Of a stretch of 64,000 nt of DNA, positions 49,078-58,935 are shown in pieces. The notes under the pieces were generated by a model. The model made no database searches. It was not told the origin of the DNA and saw only the letters and a list, made by a program, of their open reading frames with translations. Location: the NCBI GenBank assembly GCA_963820825.1, contig CAWGBN010000006.1, positions 640,001-704,000 on the forward strand, in the 5' to 3' direction. Position numbers and translations under genes: made by a program. The number at the start of each line of letters is the position of its first letter. Within the stretch, counting starts at the first letter, position 1. This stretch comes from Vulcanimicrobiota bacterium (GTDB taxonomy: Bacteria > Vulcanimicrobiota > Vulcanimicrobiia > Vulcanimicrobiales > Vulcanimicrobiaceae).

Positions 49078-50471
49078 CAGCCCTGCGCGAGTTCGACGTC
49101 GTGGTGATCGGGGCGGGGCCGGCCGGAACCGCCGCAGCCTTGCGCGCCGGCGATCTCGGCGCCAAAACCGCGTTGATCACGCGCGGCGCCTTCGGCGGGA
49201 TGGCCGCGAACGAAGGACCGATTCCGGTTCGCGTTTTGGCTCATGCGGCGCGGTTGGCGCGCGAAGCACGTCAGTTGGCGCGGTATGGCATCAGCGTGGA
49301 ACAGCCGTCGCTTGACTACGCGCGATTGGTCGAACGAGCGCGGGATGTTGTCGGCGAGGCGCGCCGTCACTCCACGCTCTTCGAACAAATAACGAACGCG
49401 GGCGTGGAGCTTTTCGAACATGCCGGAACGGCGGAATTCACCGATGCTCACACGATCCGCAGTGCGTCCGCGCCTACGTTACGCGCCGGGCGAGTCGTCA
49501 TCTGTTCCGGCGGCGTGAGCCGTGCGCTCGGCGTTCCCGGCGCGGAGTTGATGGTTACTCCGGCCGATGCGTTCTCGCTGACGGCTGTTCCAAGATCAAT
49601 GATCGTCATCGGTGCGGGCGCAACCGGCGCACAGGTTGCGTCGATCTTCGGTGCGCTCGGCTCGTCCGTGACGATTTGTCAGGCTGGCCCCCGCATCATC
49701 GCCAGCGAAGATTCCGAAGTTTCTGACGCAGTCGCCGCGGCGTTTCGCGAAGACGGCATCGAGATCTATCAAGGATTCGGCGCGATCGAGCGAATCGATC
49801 CGGGCGCGAAAGGCGTCAGCGTAACCCTGGCGGGCGCCGAGCACACATCCCTTGAAGCCGAGCTCGTCGTCTGCGCGATCGGCTGGCGAGCCGATACCGA
49901 TGCAATGGAACTGCATCGCGCGGGTGTCCAAGTTAATGCGCGCGGGTTCATCGAGGTAGACGACTCGCTTCGGAGCAGCGCAACTCACGTTTATGCGGCG
50001 GGTGATGTCCTCGGTCGCTCGATGCTCGTTCCTCCCGCCGTCCGCGACGGATTTATCGCCGGAAACAATGCGGCAGGGGCAGAGCCCCTCTCGGTGACGG
50101 CGAGCGTTGAACCCGTTGGAAGCTTCACCGACCCGGAGTATGCAAAAGTCGGATTGACCCAGGAGCAGACTCGCGGAAAATACGATACCGTCGTGTCGCA
50201 CGCATCGTACGCCGAAACGACGCGGCCGATCATCGACGGACGCACTCGAGGATTCTGCAAACTCGTCATCGATCGCCGTACGCGTCAAATCTTGGGTTGC
50301 CACATCGTTGGCGAGCGTGCCGTCGAAGTGGCTCAAATGGCAGCCATCGCCATGACTGCGGAAATGACTGTCGATGCGGTGGCGCGCATTCCACTCTCGT
50401 TTCCGACCTACGCCAACGTCTTCGGTCGTGCGGCGTTGCGCGCGGTCCGAAAACTCGGCATCAACGCCTAG
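49074..50471 (+). CDS. Flavoprotein disulfide reductase homolog lacking redox cysteines
   Basis: GAGPAG, GGMAANEGPIP in place of CxxxxC, GAGATG, YAAGD, SFPTY. Confidence 0.88.
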   Translation: MTALREFDVVVIGAGPAGTAAALRAGDLGAKTALITRGAFGGMAANEGPIPVRVLAHAARLAREARQLARYGISVEQPSLDYARLVERARDVVGEARRHSTLFEQITNAGVELFEHAGTAEFTDAHTIRSASAPTLRAGRVVICSGGVSRALGVPGAELMVTPADAFSLTAVPRSMIVIGAGATGAQVASIFGALGSSVTICQAGPRIIASEDSEVSDAVAAAFREDGIEIYQGFGAIERIDPGAKGVSVTLAGAEHTSLEAELVVCAIGWRADTDAMELHRAGVQVNARGFIEVDDSLRSSATHVYAAGDVLGRSMLVPPAVRDGFIAGNNAAGAEPLSVTASVEPVGSFTDPEYAKVGLTQEQTRGKYDTVVSHASYAETTRPIIDGRTRGFCKLVIDRRTRQILGCHIVGERAVEVAQMAAIAMTAEMTVDAVARIPLSFPTYANVFGRAALRAVRKLGINA

Positions 50472-51204
50472 AACGTTCGTGCAAGCCGCTTGGCGCATAG
50501 GGGCGCGCAATGGTCAGAGAGTATCTTGATTGGGGCAGGGCCACGTTCGAATATTTGGGCCGGGCGCGAAATGCCGGAGGCCTTGTTAAGCGACCTACCA
50601 CGTCGGCGCAAAGAAGCGTCCGATTTCAACTTTGGCGGGGACCGTAAACCCGTTCGGCCTCAACCTCCCGGGCGGTCAAGAGGCGCACCCGGGGCAGTTG
50701 ATGGTCCTCCCGAGATCGTCCGCAAATGGCACACGCTCGAGGTTCCTTATTTGATGACGTGAGAACCGCGAATGTTAGGCAATCTCGGGCGGCGTCTCCA
50801 CCATTCGTAATCTACGCTTGATAGTGGAGCCTATCCATTTACGCTATATGCTAACTTGGCTAGGCCGTGCGGATTACGGGGTTTCGATTCTTTCGCTTGA
50901 CGCCGGTTCTGCACGTCCGCGCGCGGAATATTCCGTAGCAATAGCCCACTCATTCTGGGGTCCGCATATGTCGCGCGGAGGAGTCGCACCCAGCGTGACG
51001 AGTGTCGCGCCCACTTTAGTTTTCGTATCCTTGTCGTAATCGCGGATTGCGACGAACGAGAAACCTCCGGAAATCCTAAGAAAATCCCCATTTCCGAGAC
51101 CGATCTAGCGCCGACTCCTTCCGCGGATTGTACGTGGTCACCGTTTCAGGCTCTCGTCGCCGAAGTAAAAACGCAAAACGCTTTGTAAAATCAGGCGATT
51201 CCGA

Positions 51205-51249
51205 TGGTGGAGATGGGGGGACTCGAACCCCCGACCCCTTACATGCGAA
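51205..51249 (-). repeat. tRNA-Ala 3' fragment, att core 1
   Basis: 45 bp identical to 60541-60585. Confidence 0.92.
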
Positions 51250-51403
51250 ATAAACGCTCCTCGAAACCTAGAGTGCGCACGATACCCAAGAAATAGCCGA
51301 TTTTCCTTGATGCGTCAGTTTTTCAAGGCCGAAATTTTTCGTCCGCTAGCGTTCGCGCTTTCCGCTAGTTTCCGCACGAATTGTCGTAAGATTGTCGTAA
51401 GCC

Positions 51404-51490
51404 TACCGCCGAACTCGGGTGCGCTCGGCCGCTTTTCAGGGCGCCCACCTGTGGCACCATTGATGCGTGCGGCCCTCTTAGCCTCCGACG
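51404..51490 (-). pseudogene. 3' remnant of DUF2442 antitoxin gene
   Basis: SEAKRAARINGATGGRP vs SEAKARAARINGAKGGRP in 57965-58411. Confidence 0.75.
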
Positions 51491-51493
51491 GTT

Positions 51494-53935
51494 TTAGACC
51501 GTAGACGCCTCCTCGATCGCGCGATCTTGTGACCATGCGGCACCTTCAGCCATCAGTTCTGCCAACGTACTCACGCCGAAGTGCTCACGCAGAGGCTGGA
51601 GAAACCACTCGGGATCGATGTCAGGGTGAAGCGCGTTGGCCGACCGTCGTGGTTCTGCAAAGCCGAGCAGGCGGGCAGATAGATCGTACCGTTTGCGATG
51701 CGTTGCAACACCTGCGAGAAGTTGCAGCGCGCTATAGACCCCAAGTGGGAGGAGTTCTTCGCGACCGACCGTTAAGACCGAGCGCCCGTGCATTCGCGCC
51801 TCGTCTACCGCACCCGACCTTAGCAGCACGACACCGAGATAGTACTCAGCCTGGACGCCGCCCGTAACGTCCCTAGTCACCTGCGTCCCTCCATATGCCT
51901 CTCTGCACATTTCGATGGCACGTTCGAGACGGCCGTCCGCTTCCTCCGAACACGCCCGTTCTAACAGGATGGCCCATCGATTGCGGTCCTCGGGAAGCTG
52001 ATAGCGTTCGTGTGCCTCGGCCATTCGCATCGAAAACGCTCGGGCAACGTCGATTTTGCCCCGTTTTCTGTTGAGTCGGGCCAGACCCCACAGATAAAAC
52101 TGGATGCGATAGTGGTCATCGCTGCGCTCCGCCACTTCGAGGGCTTCCTGAAAGATAGCCTCGGCCTGGTTAAGCCGATTGGCTGCCATGAGGCTAAAAC
52201 CATAGAATAGAGCAAATCGGGCAAGAGGCACCCCTCGTCCTAGGGCGCGCACCGGACGCTCTGCTTCTTCGCCTATCCGAAGCGCTTCGTTCAAGTCCGT
52301 TTGTATATAGGCGCGCATGCGATGAACCGCAATACCAGCGCTCAGCGCCGGGTGTTCTTGGTATGTCACGGCGGCTTGCGCGCGATCCAGCCAGCGTAGG
52401 CCCTCGTGATAGTGTTGGGTGAACCAAAAACCGCCAAGGCTTGACGCGATCTCGGCGCCGAGCACGCTATCGTTACCCAGGACGAGCGCCCATTCCAGTG
52501 CCGCACGAATATTGTCGACCTCCTCTTCAACCGTCGCGACGAAGAGTAGGTCGGAGATTTGCTGATACTTGCCACCTTCTCGCCGCGCCCACTCCGCAAA
52601 GTACCGAGCGTGGCTGCGTGCCGTCGCCTCCAACTCACCCTGCTCCTTGAGCAGCTCTAGCGCGTACTGGCGCAGCGGCTCCATAAGCCGGTAACGCTGA
52701 GAAGGCCCGCGATACTCAACCGCAACCAACGACTTGTCGACGAGCGAAGCCATGGTGTCGAATAACGTGAATTCATCCAACAGCCCATCGGCGACAACTG
52801 AAGCCGCTTGCAGCGCCCAGCCCCGCCGGAAAACGGCGAGGCGACGAAACAGACGCCGTTCGTTCTCGGTTAGAAGGTCGTAGCTCCAGTCGAGCGCCGC
52901 GCGCATCGTTCGGTGACGCGCGGGCGCAGTGTGGTCGTCGTCTTTGAGCAGCCGAAGCTCTTTGCTCAGCATATCCAACAGTTGATGCACGTTCAGCGCC
53001 GCTACCCTGGCTGCAGCCAGCTCGATAGCGAGCGGAATCCCGTCGAGGTGGCGGCAAATCTCGACGACCGCGCCGACATTGTCATCGGTGATGGCAAAGC
53101 GCGCGTCGCTTGTCGAGGCACGCGCGAGAAAGAGAGCAATTGCGCCAAACCTTAAAGCGAGTGCAGCGTCAAGCTTTTCGCCGCCTGGAGGGAGCGCTAG
53201 TGACGGCAGACGATAGATTTGTTCGCCGGTTTGTCGCAGCCCCTGGCGCGCGGTCGCGAGCACCGTAACTCCCGGACACGTCTTTACGACCGCATCGATG
53301 AGCCCGGACGCCTGAGCGCGGACATGTTCGCAGTTGTCGATGATGAGCAAGACGCGCTTGCGTTTGAGATGGGCAAGCACTTGATCGAGAACCGGGCTGA
53401 AAGCGTGCGGTCTGACGCCGAGCGCGAACGCGATCTCCGAAACTACCGAATCAGGAGCGGAGATCTTTGCCAAATCCGCGAGCCAGATGCCATCGGGGTA
53501 AGCATCGAGCGACTCAGCACCGACCTGCACCGCTAGGCGAGTCTTCCCAACGCCGCCCGCCCCTACGATCGTGACGAATCGCGTATTTGCCAAAAGCGAC
53601 TTTATCGTGGACAATTCGGTGTTTCGGCCTACAAAACTCGTTACTTGGACCGGGAGGTTGTGCGAACGCTCGGATGCGCCTGCCGGGGCACCGTGCAACA
53701 GCTGAGCACGGCCGGCTTCGAGAATGGCTTGCGTCCGGTTCGTCGCGCCAAGCTTTCCAAGTACGTGTTCGACGTGCCACTCCACGGTGCGGCGACTTAA
53801 GGATAGCTGTCGCGCGATCGCGCTATTCGTGAGCCCCAACGCAACGAGCTCCAGCACCTCTCGCTCGCGTCTGGTGAGCGAGGATCCGGGCTGGCCCTCG
53901 ATCGGCTGCATTGCCGAGTCACTTATGCGGCGCAC
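51494..53935 (-). CDS. LuxR-HTH / STAND-type ATPase / TPR regulator
   Basis: LTRREREVL, HNLP...SFVGR, GAGGVGKTRL, DNCEH, LDGIPLAIELAAAR. Confidence 0.92.
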   Translation of the reverse strand: MRRISDSAMQPIEGQPGSSLTRREREVLELVALGLTNSAIARQLSLSRRTVEWHVEHVLGKLGATNRTQAILEAGRAQLLHGAPAGASERSHNLPVQVTSFVGRNTELSTIKSLLANTRFVTIVGAGGVGKTRLAVQVGAESLDAYPDGIWLADLAKISAPDSVVSEIAFALGVRPHAFSPVLDQVLAHLKRKRVLLIIDNCEHVRAQASGLIDAVVKTCPGVTVLATARQGLRQTGEQIYRLPSLALPPGGEKLDAALALRFGAIALFLARASTSDARFAITDDNVGAVVEICRHLDGIPLAIELAAARVAALNVHQLLDMLSKELRLLKDDDHTAPARHRTMRAALDWSYDLLTENERRLFRRLAVFRRGWALQAASVVADGLLDEFTLFDTMASLVDKSLVAVEYRGPSQRYRLMEPLRQYALELLKEQGELEATARSHARYFAEWARREGGKYQQISDLLFVATVEEEVDNIRAALEWALVLGNDSVLGAEIASSLGGFWFTQHYHEGLRWLDRAQAAVTYQEHPALSAGIAVHRMRAYIQTDLNEALRIGEEAERPVRALGRGVPLARFALFYGFSLMAANRLNQAEAIFQEALEVAERSDDHYRIQFYLWGLARLNRKRGKIDVARAFSMRMAEAHERYQLPEDRNRWAILLERACSEEADGRLERAIEMCREAYGGTQVTRDVTGGVQAEYYLGVVLLRSGAVDEARMHGRSVLTVGREELLPLGVYSALQLLAGVATHRKRYDLSARLLGFAEPRRSANALHPDIDPEWFLQPLREHFGVSTLAELMAEGAAWSQDRAIEEASTV

Positions 53936-54185
53936 AGGGGTATCCTGGGCGCAGAGTCCCTTCCGGCAAAGGTTCTCGGGGGTGAACCCGGCACCGTGCT
54001 TCGACAGGTGCTAAAACCCGTATAGTTACGGGCGACGTCGATCGCCTGCTCGCGTTACCGTAACTCCATGATGTGTTTTCCGGCTCGCGCTGCGACCGGC
54101 TCCCGGCTCGGGCCTCGTCCGTCCCGAACGGCCCGATCACTCGGGGTGGTGGACGGCACTTAGGCGTTACGGGGAGAGCCATACT

Positions 54186-54608
54186 ATGAAAATCTCCGGT
54201 TCGGTACTGTTGAGTCTGACAGCCGCGCTGGGCGCGACTTTCATCCTGACGGCCTGTCATTCAGGGGCGATGATTCCGCCAAGCCAAACCGCTTCACTTG
54301 GGAACGGCGCAACGGCTGCGGCGCGGCCAAAGAATGCCCCTTGCGACTCCGGTCTTCATGTCGACCCTGCGTACGCACAAATCGACGCCCGCCAGACCGT
54401 GCAAATCAGTTTGATTTATACCGAGGATTATTATCGCTGTCCCACCCACGGTGTACGCGCGAACTGGACGAAGAGCGGCCCAGGTCACGGACACCTGCAA
54501 TGCAGGCGCTCCTGCGTAACTACGACATTTTGGGCCAACCGCCCCGGCACGTACTCGGTCATCCCGAAGGGCACCGGTCTTTCTGCGACCGTGGTCGTGA
54601 CACGTTGA
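54186..54608 (+). CDS. Small Cys-containing lipoprotein
   Basis: LTAC lipobox; beta-rich body. Confidence 0.65.
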   Translation: MKISGSVLLSLTAALGATFILTACHSGAMIPPSQTASLGNGATAAARPKNAPCDSGLHVDPAYAQIDARQTVQISLIYTEDYYRCPTHGVRANWTKSGPGHGHLQCRRSCVTTTFWANRPGTYSVIPKGTGLSATVVVTR

Positions 54609-54666
54609 ATTAAGAAAGACTTTCGCCAGCAGAAAGCACGACGGACGACCTTGTGGGGGCAATGAG

Positions 54667-56034
54667 ATGAGTGCTGTATGGAAGTTTACGATCGACGGCG
54701 CAAAGGCGGCGGCGTGGCCGCTCGTAGCATTCTCCGCATCGTGCGTTTTGAGCGCCGGCTGCGGTGGGTCGCAGGCATCGCTCGGGCAGCCGGCGCCCGT
54801 CCAGACGCCGTTTTACGTCGTACAGAACCTCGGCTCTCTTGGGGGGACGTCGTGCTGCCTCGTCGTCACGAACAACAATCAAGGCTGGGTAGACGGCACT
54901 TCAAACCTTGCGGGTGACAAGAGCTTCCACCCCTTCCTCTGGCGGAATGGAGTGATGAAAGACCTCGGCACGCTCGGCGGGCCGAATGCCAGCGTCGGCG
55001 GCATGAACGACCGGGGAGACGTCACCGTTGGCGGATCTGACACCGGCAAGCCGGATCCGCTCGGTGAGGATTTTTGTGGGTTCGGTACACATCAAACGTG
55101 CCTCTCGTTCATTTGGCGTCACGGGAGGAGGACGCTGATTCCCACCCTGGGAGGTAACAACAACGATGTCAACGGTATCAAAAACAGTGGCCTCGTGCTT
55201 GCGTTTGCGGAGACCACCGTTCATGACCCGACCTGCGTCGCACCTCAGGTGCTCGGATATGAAGCATTTACCTGGGAACCGGACACCGGGAAGATTCGCC
55301 GGCTTCCTCCGCTGCACGGCGATTCGGTTTCCGTCGCCTTTGACATGAACGATCGCGGCGAAGCTGTCGGTTACTCCGGCGCGTGCGGAACCTCAGGTAT
55401 CGACCTACTTCTAGAGTATCACGCGCTTATGTGGCGGCATGGCAAGCCGATCGACCTCGGCAGCCTGGGCGGCACCATCTTCATCTCGGCTGGCGGGATC
55501 AACAATCACGGTCAAGTAGCCGGCACTTCGGCTTTGCGTGGTAACAAGACTGCGCATGCCTTCCTGTGGCAAAACGGCACGATGACCGACCTCGGTACGC
55601 TCCCGGGAGATCTTTTGAGCTTTGGCGGCTCCATCAACGATGCGGGGCAGATGGCGATTCAATCGTGCAAGAACCTTGCTGCCTGGCTTAATAATACTGA
55701 CAAGTGCCATGCGGTCATCTGGCAAAACGGCGTGATGACCGATCTCAACACGCTGGTCCGCCCCGGCTCGTCGCTGTATCTCATCGCCGCGAACACGATC
55801 AATAATCGCGGCGAAATTGTCGGCACCGCCATCGATCGCACAACCGGATCGCTCGTCCCGTTCTTGGCGACTCCGTGCGGCCCGACCAGCGGTGCGCTAC
55901 AAATCTGCACGCAAAAGGCTCAGGGCAGAGCTTTCGTTTATCCATCGGCTGGCCCGACGTTATCCCAACAGGCTCGCGTGCAGCCCTGGAGGCGCCGAGG
56001 ACTCGGCCGCCTATCCTGGCCGAATTCCGACTAA
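54667..56034 (+). CDS. HAF-repeat extracellular lipoprotein
   Basis: Repeated HAFLW.NG.MTDLGTL.G and GINN.GQV.G. Confidence 0.88.
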   Translation: MSAVWKFTIDGAKAAAWPLVAFSASCVLSAGCGGSQASLGQPAPVQTPFYVVQNLGSLGGTSCCLVVTNNNQGWVDGTSNLAGDKSFHPFLWRNGVMKDLGTLGGPNASVGGMNDRGDVTVGGSDTGKPDPLGEDFCGFGTHQTCLSFIWRHGRRTLIPTLGGNNNDVNGIKNSGLVLAFAETTVHDPTCVAPQVLGYEAFTWEPDTGKIRRLPPLHGDSVSVAFDMNDRGEAVGYSGACGTSGIDLLLEYHALMWRHGKPIDLGSLGGTIFISAGGINNHGQVAGTSALRGNKTAHAFLWQNGTMTDLGTLPGDLLSFGGSINDAGQMAIQSCKNLAAWLNNTDKCHAVIWQNGVMTDLNTLVRPGSSLYLIAANTINNRGEIVGTAIDRTTGSLVPFLATPCGPTSGALQICTQKAQGRAFVYPSAGPTLSQQARVQPWRRRGLGRLSWPNSD

Positions 56035-56076
56035 CGAAAACATGTGGCCGAAGATCCACAAAGGAGGCCTCAGTTG

Positions 56077-57165
56077 ATGAAACCATCGAACGCACGGGCA
56101 CTCATCGCGATCTTAGCGTGCGCCATCGCCGCCGGTTGCGGCGGTTCAGGGGGGTTGCCCCCGTCACCCGCGTACTCGTCAACTGGGGCATCCGTCGCGA
56201 GGGAGCTAGGGTTCCGTAACGCCGCGAAAGACCCAAGACACCTCTATGTCGCCGATAGCAATGGGGTCGAGCGATTTCCAATCTCCAACGGGGTCCCAAA
56301 ATCGCCTCCCGACCTAACGTACTTGGGAGTCGGAGCTCCCATCGCCGTCGGTCCTTCGGGTGATCTTTATGCGACGTCGTACCCGCAGACGTACCCCGCG
56401 AGGATCGCCGTTTTCCGCAAGGATTCCACGAGGCGGACACGTACGCTCAACGTGTCGATCAAAGGCTGTAATAAGCCTTTTAAGTGCGGGCAAGGGCCTG
56501 TTTCAGCGCTGCTCGTCGACTCTCAGGGGCATTTGTTTGTCGGATATCAATCTACATACTGTCAAAGAGTTCAAAGCGGTGGGGTCGTTTGCACTACCAG
56601 CTTCGTGGTCTTTATCTATGCCCCCAATGCTCGCGGACATGCAACACGGCATAAAACGATAGTCGTCCAAAACTGCGGCGGTTTCGATGCGGGCTGCGGC
56701 GGACAGGACGCCGGGTTGGCGCTGGACAGCCAGGGCGACCTTCTCGTCTCGCTGTTCCACCAAGAACACGGCTTCTATTACCGCTACGTCTATGCCTACA
56801 CGTTGCAAGGCACGAAGGTGCGTACGCTGACAGGCTCCGGAGTCGTTTTTCCAAACGGACTCGCGACCGACGCGTCCGACGAGTTGTACGTCGATAACCC
56901 GGTGTCCAGCTATAATCAATATGGCGTGGCCTTTGTAGCGGCCTACCCAGCGACGGCGAATGGTAGCCCGCCACCGGACCGCGAGATCATGGTTAAGAAT
57001 GCGCAGTTCGGCACCGGCATCGCGGTTTCAGCGTTGAATCTGCTTTACGTACCAGATCCAACCAACAACGTGGTATACGAGCTTCACTCAGACCGCAACG
57101 GCTCGCAAAAGCCGATCTCGACCTTGTCGGTGTCAGCGCCCGAGGACGTGAAACTTGGCCCGTAA
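56077..57165 (+). CDS. Beta-propeller (NHL-like) lipoprotein
   Basis: AAGGAGG RBS; AAGC lipobox; LYVAD, GLATDASDELYV. Confidence 0.8.
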   Translation: MKPSNARALIAILACAIAAGCGGSGGLPPSPAYSSTGASVARELGFRNAAKDPRHLYVADSNGVERFPISNGVPKSPPDLTYLGVGAPIAVGPSGDLYATSYPQTYPARIAVFRKDSTRRTRTLNVSIKGCNKPFKCGQGPVSALLVDSQGHLFVGYQSTYCQRVQSGGVVCTTSFVVFIYAPNARGHATRHKTIVVQNCGGFDAGCGGQDAGLALDSQGDLLVSLFHQEHGFYYRYVYAYTLQGTKVRTLTGSGVVFPNGLATDASDELYVDNPVSSYNQYGVAFVAAYPATANGSPPPDREIMVKNAQFGTGIAVSALNLLYVPDPTNNVVYELHSDRNGSQKPISTLSVSAPEDVKLGP

Positions 57166-57769
57166 AACACCCTAGCCCCCGCATCGCGTTAGGGATTAGC
57201 AGCTTACCTGAAGGCCTCGCGGCTGTGCAAAAGGGCGCCGATCGCGAAGCGCTCGGCGCCTCGCAGTCACAGAATGGCCGGCCTTGCAGATGCCTCGCAC
57301 CGCGGCAGCTTAACTCGCAGTAGCCTCGCAGTTTTAGAGGCTTAGAACACATGGCTTAGATCGGCTTGACCAGCCTGGCTGCTGGAGGCGTCGTTTCAAA
57401 GGCTCCTTAATTCTTTTTCCTCAAGGCAGATATACTGTCGCATATCTTGTACTTGCGCATGCGCCGTCGACGGGCAGCCGAGACGATGGATCGCGTTCTC
57501 GAGACCGTGGAGATTGGTCGTCAAAACGGAGCCGGCGGTTTCAGAAAATCAAACGCCGATCCGAAAAAGCTTGTGAAAACGGCGCGTTTTCCGGTGGTTG
57601 GGGCTCGAACCCCTATCTCTTACATATCGTGCAAGGAGTCAGACTGATCCGTAGCTTCTGCCGCTGGTAGCGCGGCCACCGCAAGACCAACTCCCACAAA
57701 GCGCGTCCTGCTTGGTCTTGCCGCAAAACAAAAACGTCGAAATCCCTTAAGGAATCGGACGTTTTGCGT

Positions 57770-57812
57770 TGGTGGAGATAGGGGACTCGAACCCCCGACC
57801 CCTTACATCGAA
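57770..57812 (-). repeat. Degenerate tRNA-Ala 3' fragment, att core 2
   Basis: TGGTGGAGATAGGGGACTCGAACCCCCGACCCCTTACAT-CGAA. Confidence 0.88.
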
Positions 57813-57964
57813 GTAAACGCCGCTCAAAGCCTTAGAGTGCGTACAAAACGCAAGAAATAGCCTATTTTGTTGCCGTGTCAGGCTTTTAGAAATCGGATTT
57901 TAGTCCGCGAGCGTTCGCGCCTTCCGCTAGCTTCCGCGCAAATTGTCCTAAGATCGTCGTAAGC

Positions 57965-58411
57965 CTACCGGTGAGCTCGGGTGGCCCCGGCCGCCTTGCG
58001 CGGGCGCCCTCCTTTGGCACCGTTGATGCGTGCGGCTCTCGCCTTAGCCTCCGACGTGGCCGTGCCGGCGTGGCGGCCGAGTTCGGACATCCACTTTCTG
58101 CCACCATAGACGCCGTGAAGTAGCGACATGATCGTGAAGTCTGCGTCGAGATCGGGCCAGGTCAAAGACGTCCCACGACCCGAGACACAGGCATTTCGGA
58201 GCTGCGACGGCGAGGCGTCGCCTAGGCCTTGCAGGAGCTGCCTTGGGATGACGAGGGAAGCCCCATTGTTCATCTCCACAACTACGCTGCTGCGCGTTGG
58301 AATGTAACGAACAGAGACCGCAAGTGGCTCCGTCGCGAGGCGCCGATCACGGCGCCGAAAGGCGGTCTCGATCTCCACGTTCGTAATGCGGCGACGTTTT
58401 GTAGTGCTCAT
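57965..58411 (-). CDS. DUF2442 antitoxin-like protein with basic KGGRPRK tail
   Basis: LQGLGDASPSQL, LTWPDLDADF; TGATG coupling with upstream gene. Confidence 0.82.
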   Translation of the reverse strand: MSTTKRRRITNVEIETAFRRRDRRLATEPLAVSVRYIPTRSSVVVEMNNGASLVIPRQLLQGLGDASPSQLRNACVSGRGTSLTWPDLDADFTIMSLLHGVYGGRKWMSELGRHAGTATSEAKARAARINGAKGGRPRKAAGATRAHR

Positions 58412-58656
58412 CAGCAATATGTTTCCCAGAGTTCCTCTAGTTCTCTAAAGTGTTCGGTTACCAGTTTCGCGGCTTCGCGAACTTGAGCCCTCGTAAGTTG
58501 CCGATCCGCCTCGCGAAGCGCTATTGTCCCATCCAAGTTGAGCCGGAACACAACTTCCGGCGCAATCATGGACCCGTGCCGCGCATGAACGTGCCTCGGC
58601 TCATGGTCACCTGGAATCACGACAAGGCGCCAGCCCCGCGCAATTATCGACGGCAT
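58411..58656 (-). CDS. DUF4160 toxin-like protein
   Basis: MPSI..GWR....DHEPRHVH...W. Confidence 0.82.
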   Translation of the reverse strand: MPSIIARGWRLVVIPGDHEPRHVHARHGSMIAPEVVFRLNLDGTIALREADRQLTRAQVREAAKLVTEHFRELEELWETYC

Positions 58657-58739
58657 GCGATACTATAACCTAACCGTTGGGTTTTGTCCAGAGCGGGGAC
58701 GCCGCTGTGTCTACCCGACGGACAAGGTACACGAAGCGC

Positions 58740-58835
58740 GTTCGCGTCTTCAAGCCGTTGTTCAAGCAGGCGGAATTGCCCGAAGTCACGTTGCACAGAC
58801 TTCCCCAGACCGCCGACTCCCTGATCATCGACTCC
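58740..58835 (+). pseudogene. Tyrosine integrase relic
   Basis: RVFKPLFKQAELPEVTLHRLPQTADSLII resembles FKPLLKRAGLPDIRFHDLRHTxASLL. Confidence 0.55.
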
Positions 58836-58935
58836 GACGCCCGTCGGGGGTACAGCGCCTGAGCCGAAGAACGTAACCTTCGTCTTCGGCCTTGCGCTTG
58901 AGGGCGCAATTTGCCGAGCCAGCACGAGGTGTACC

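Noticed and set aside
50490..51091. Short ORFs left of att core 1
   Set aside because: No recognisable protein features; likely decayed non-coding DNA
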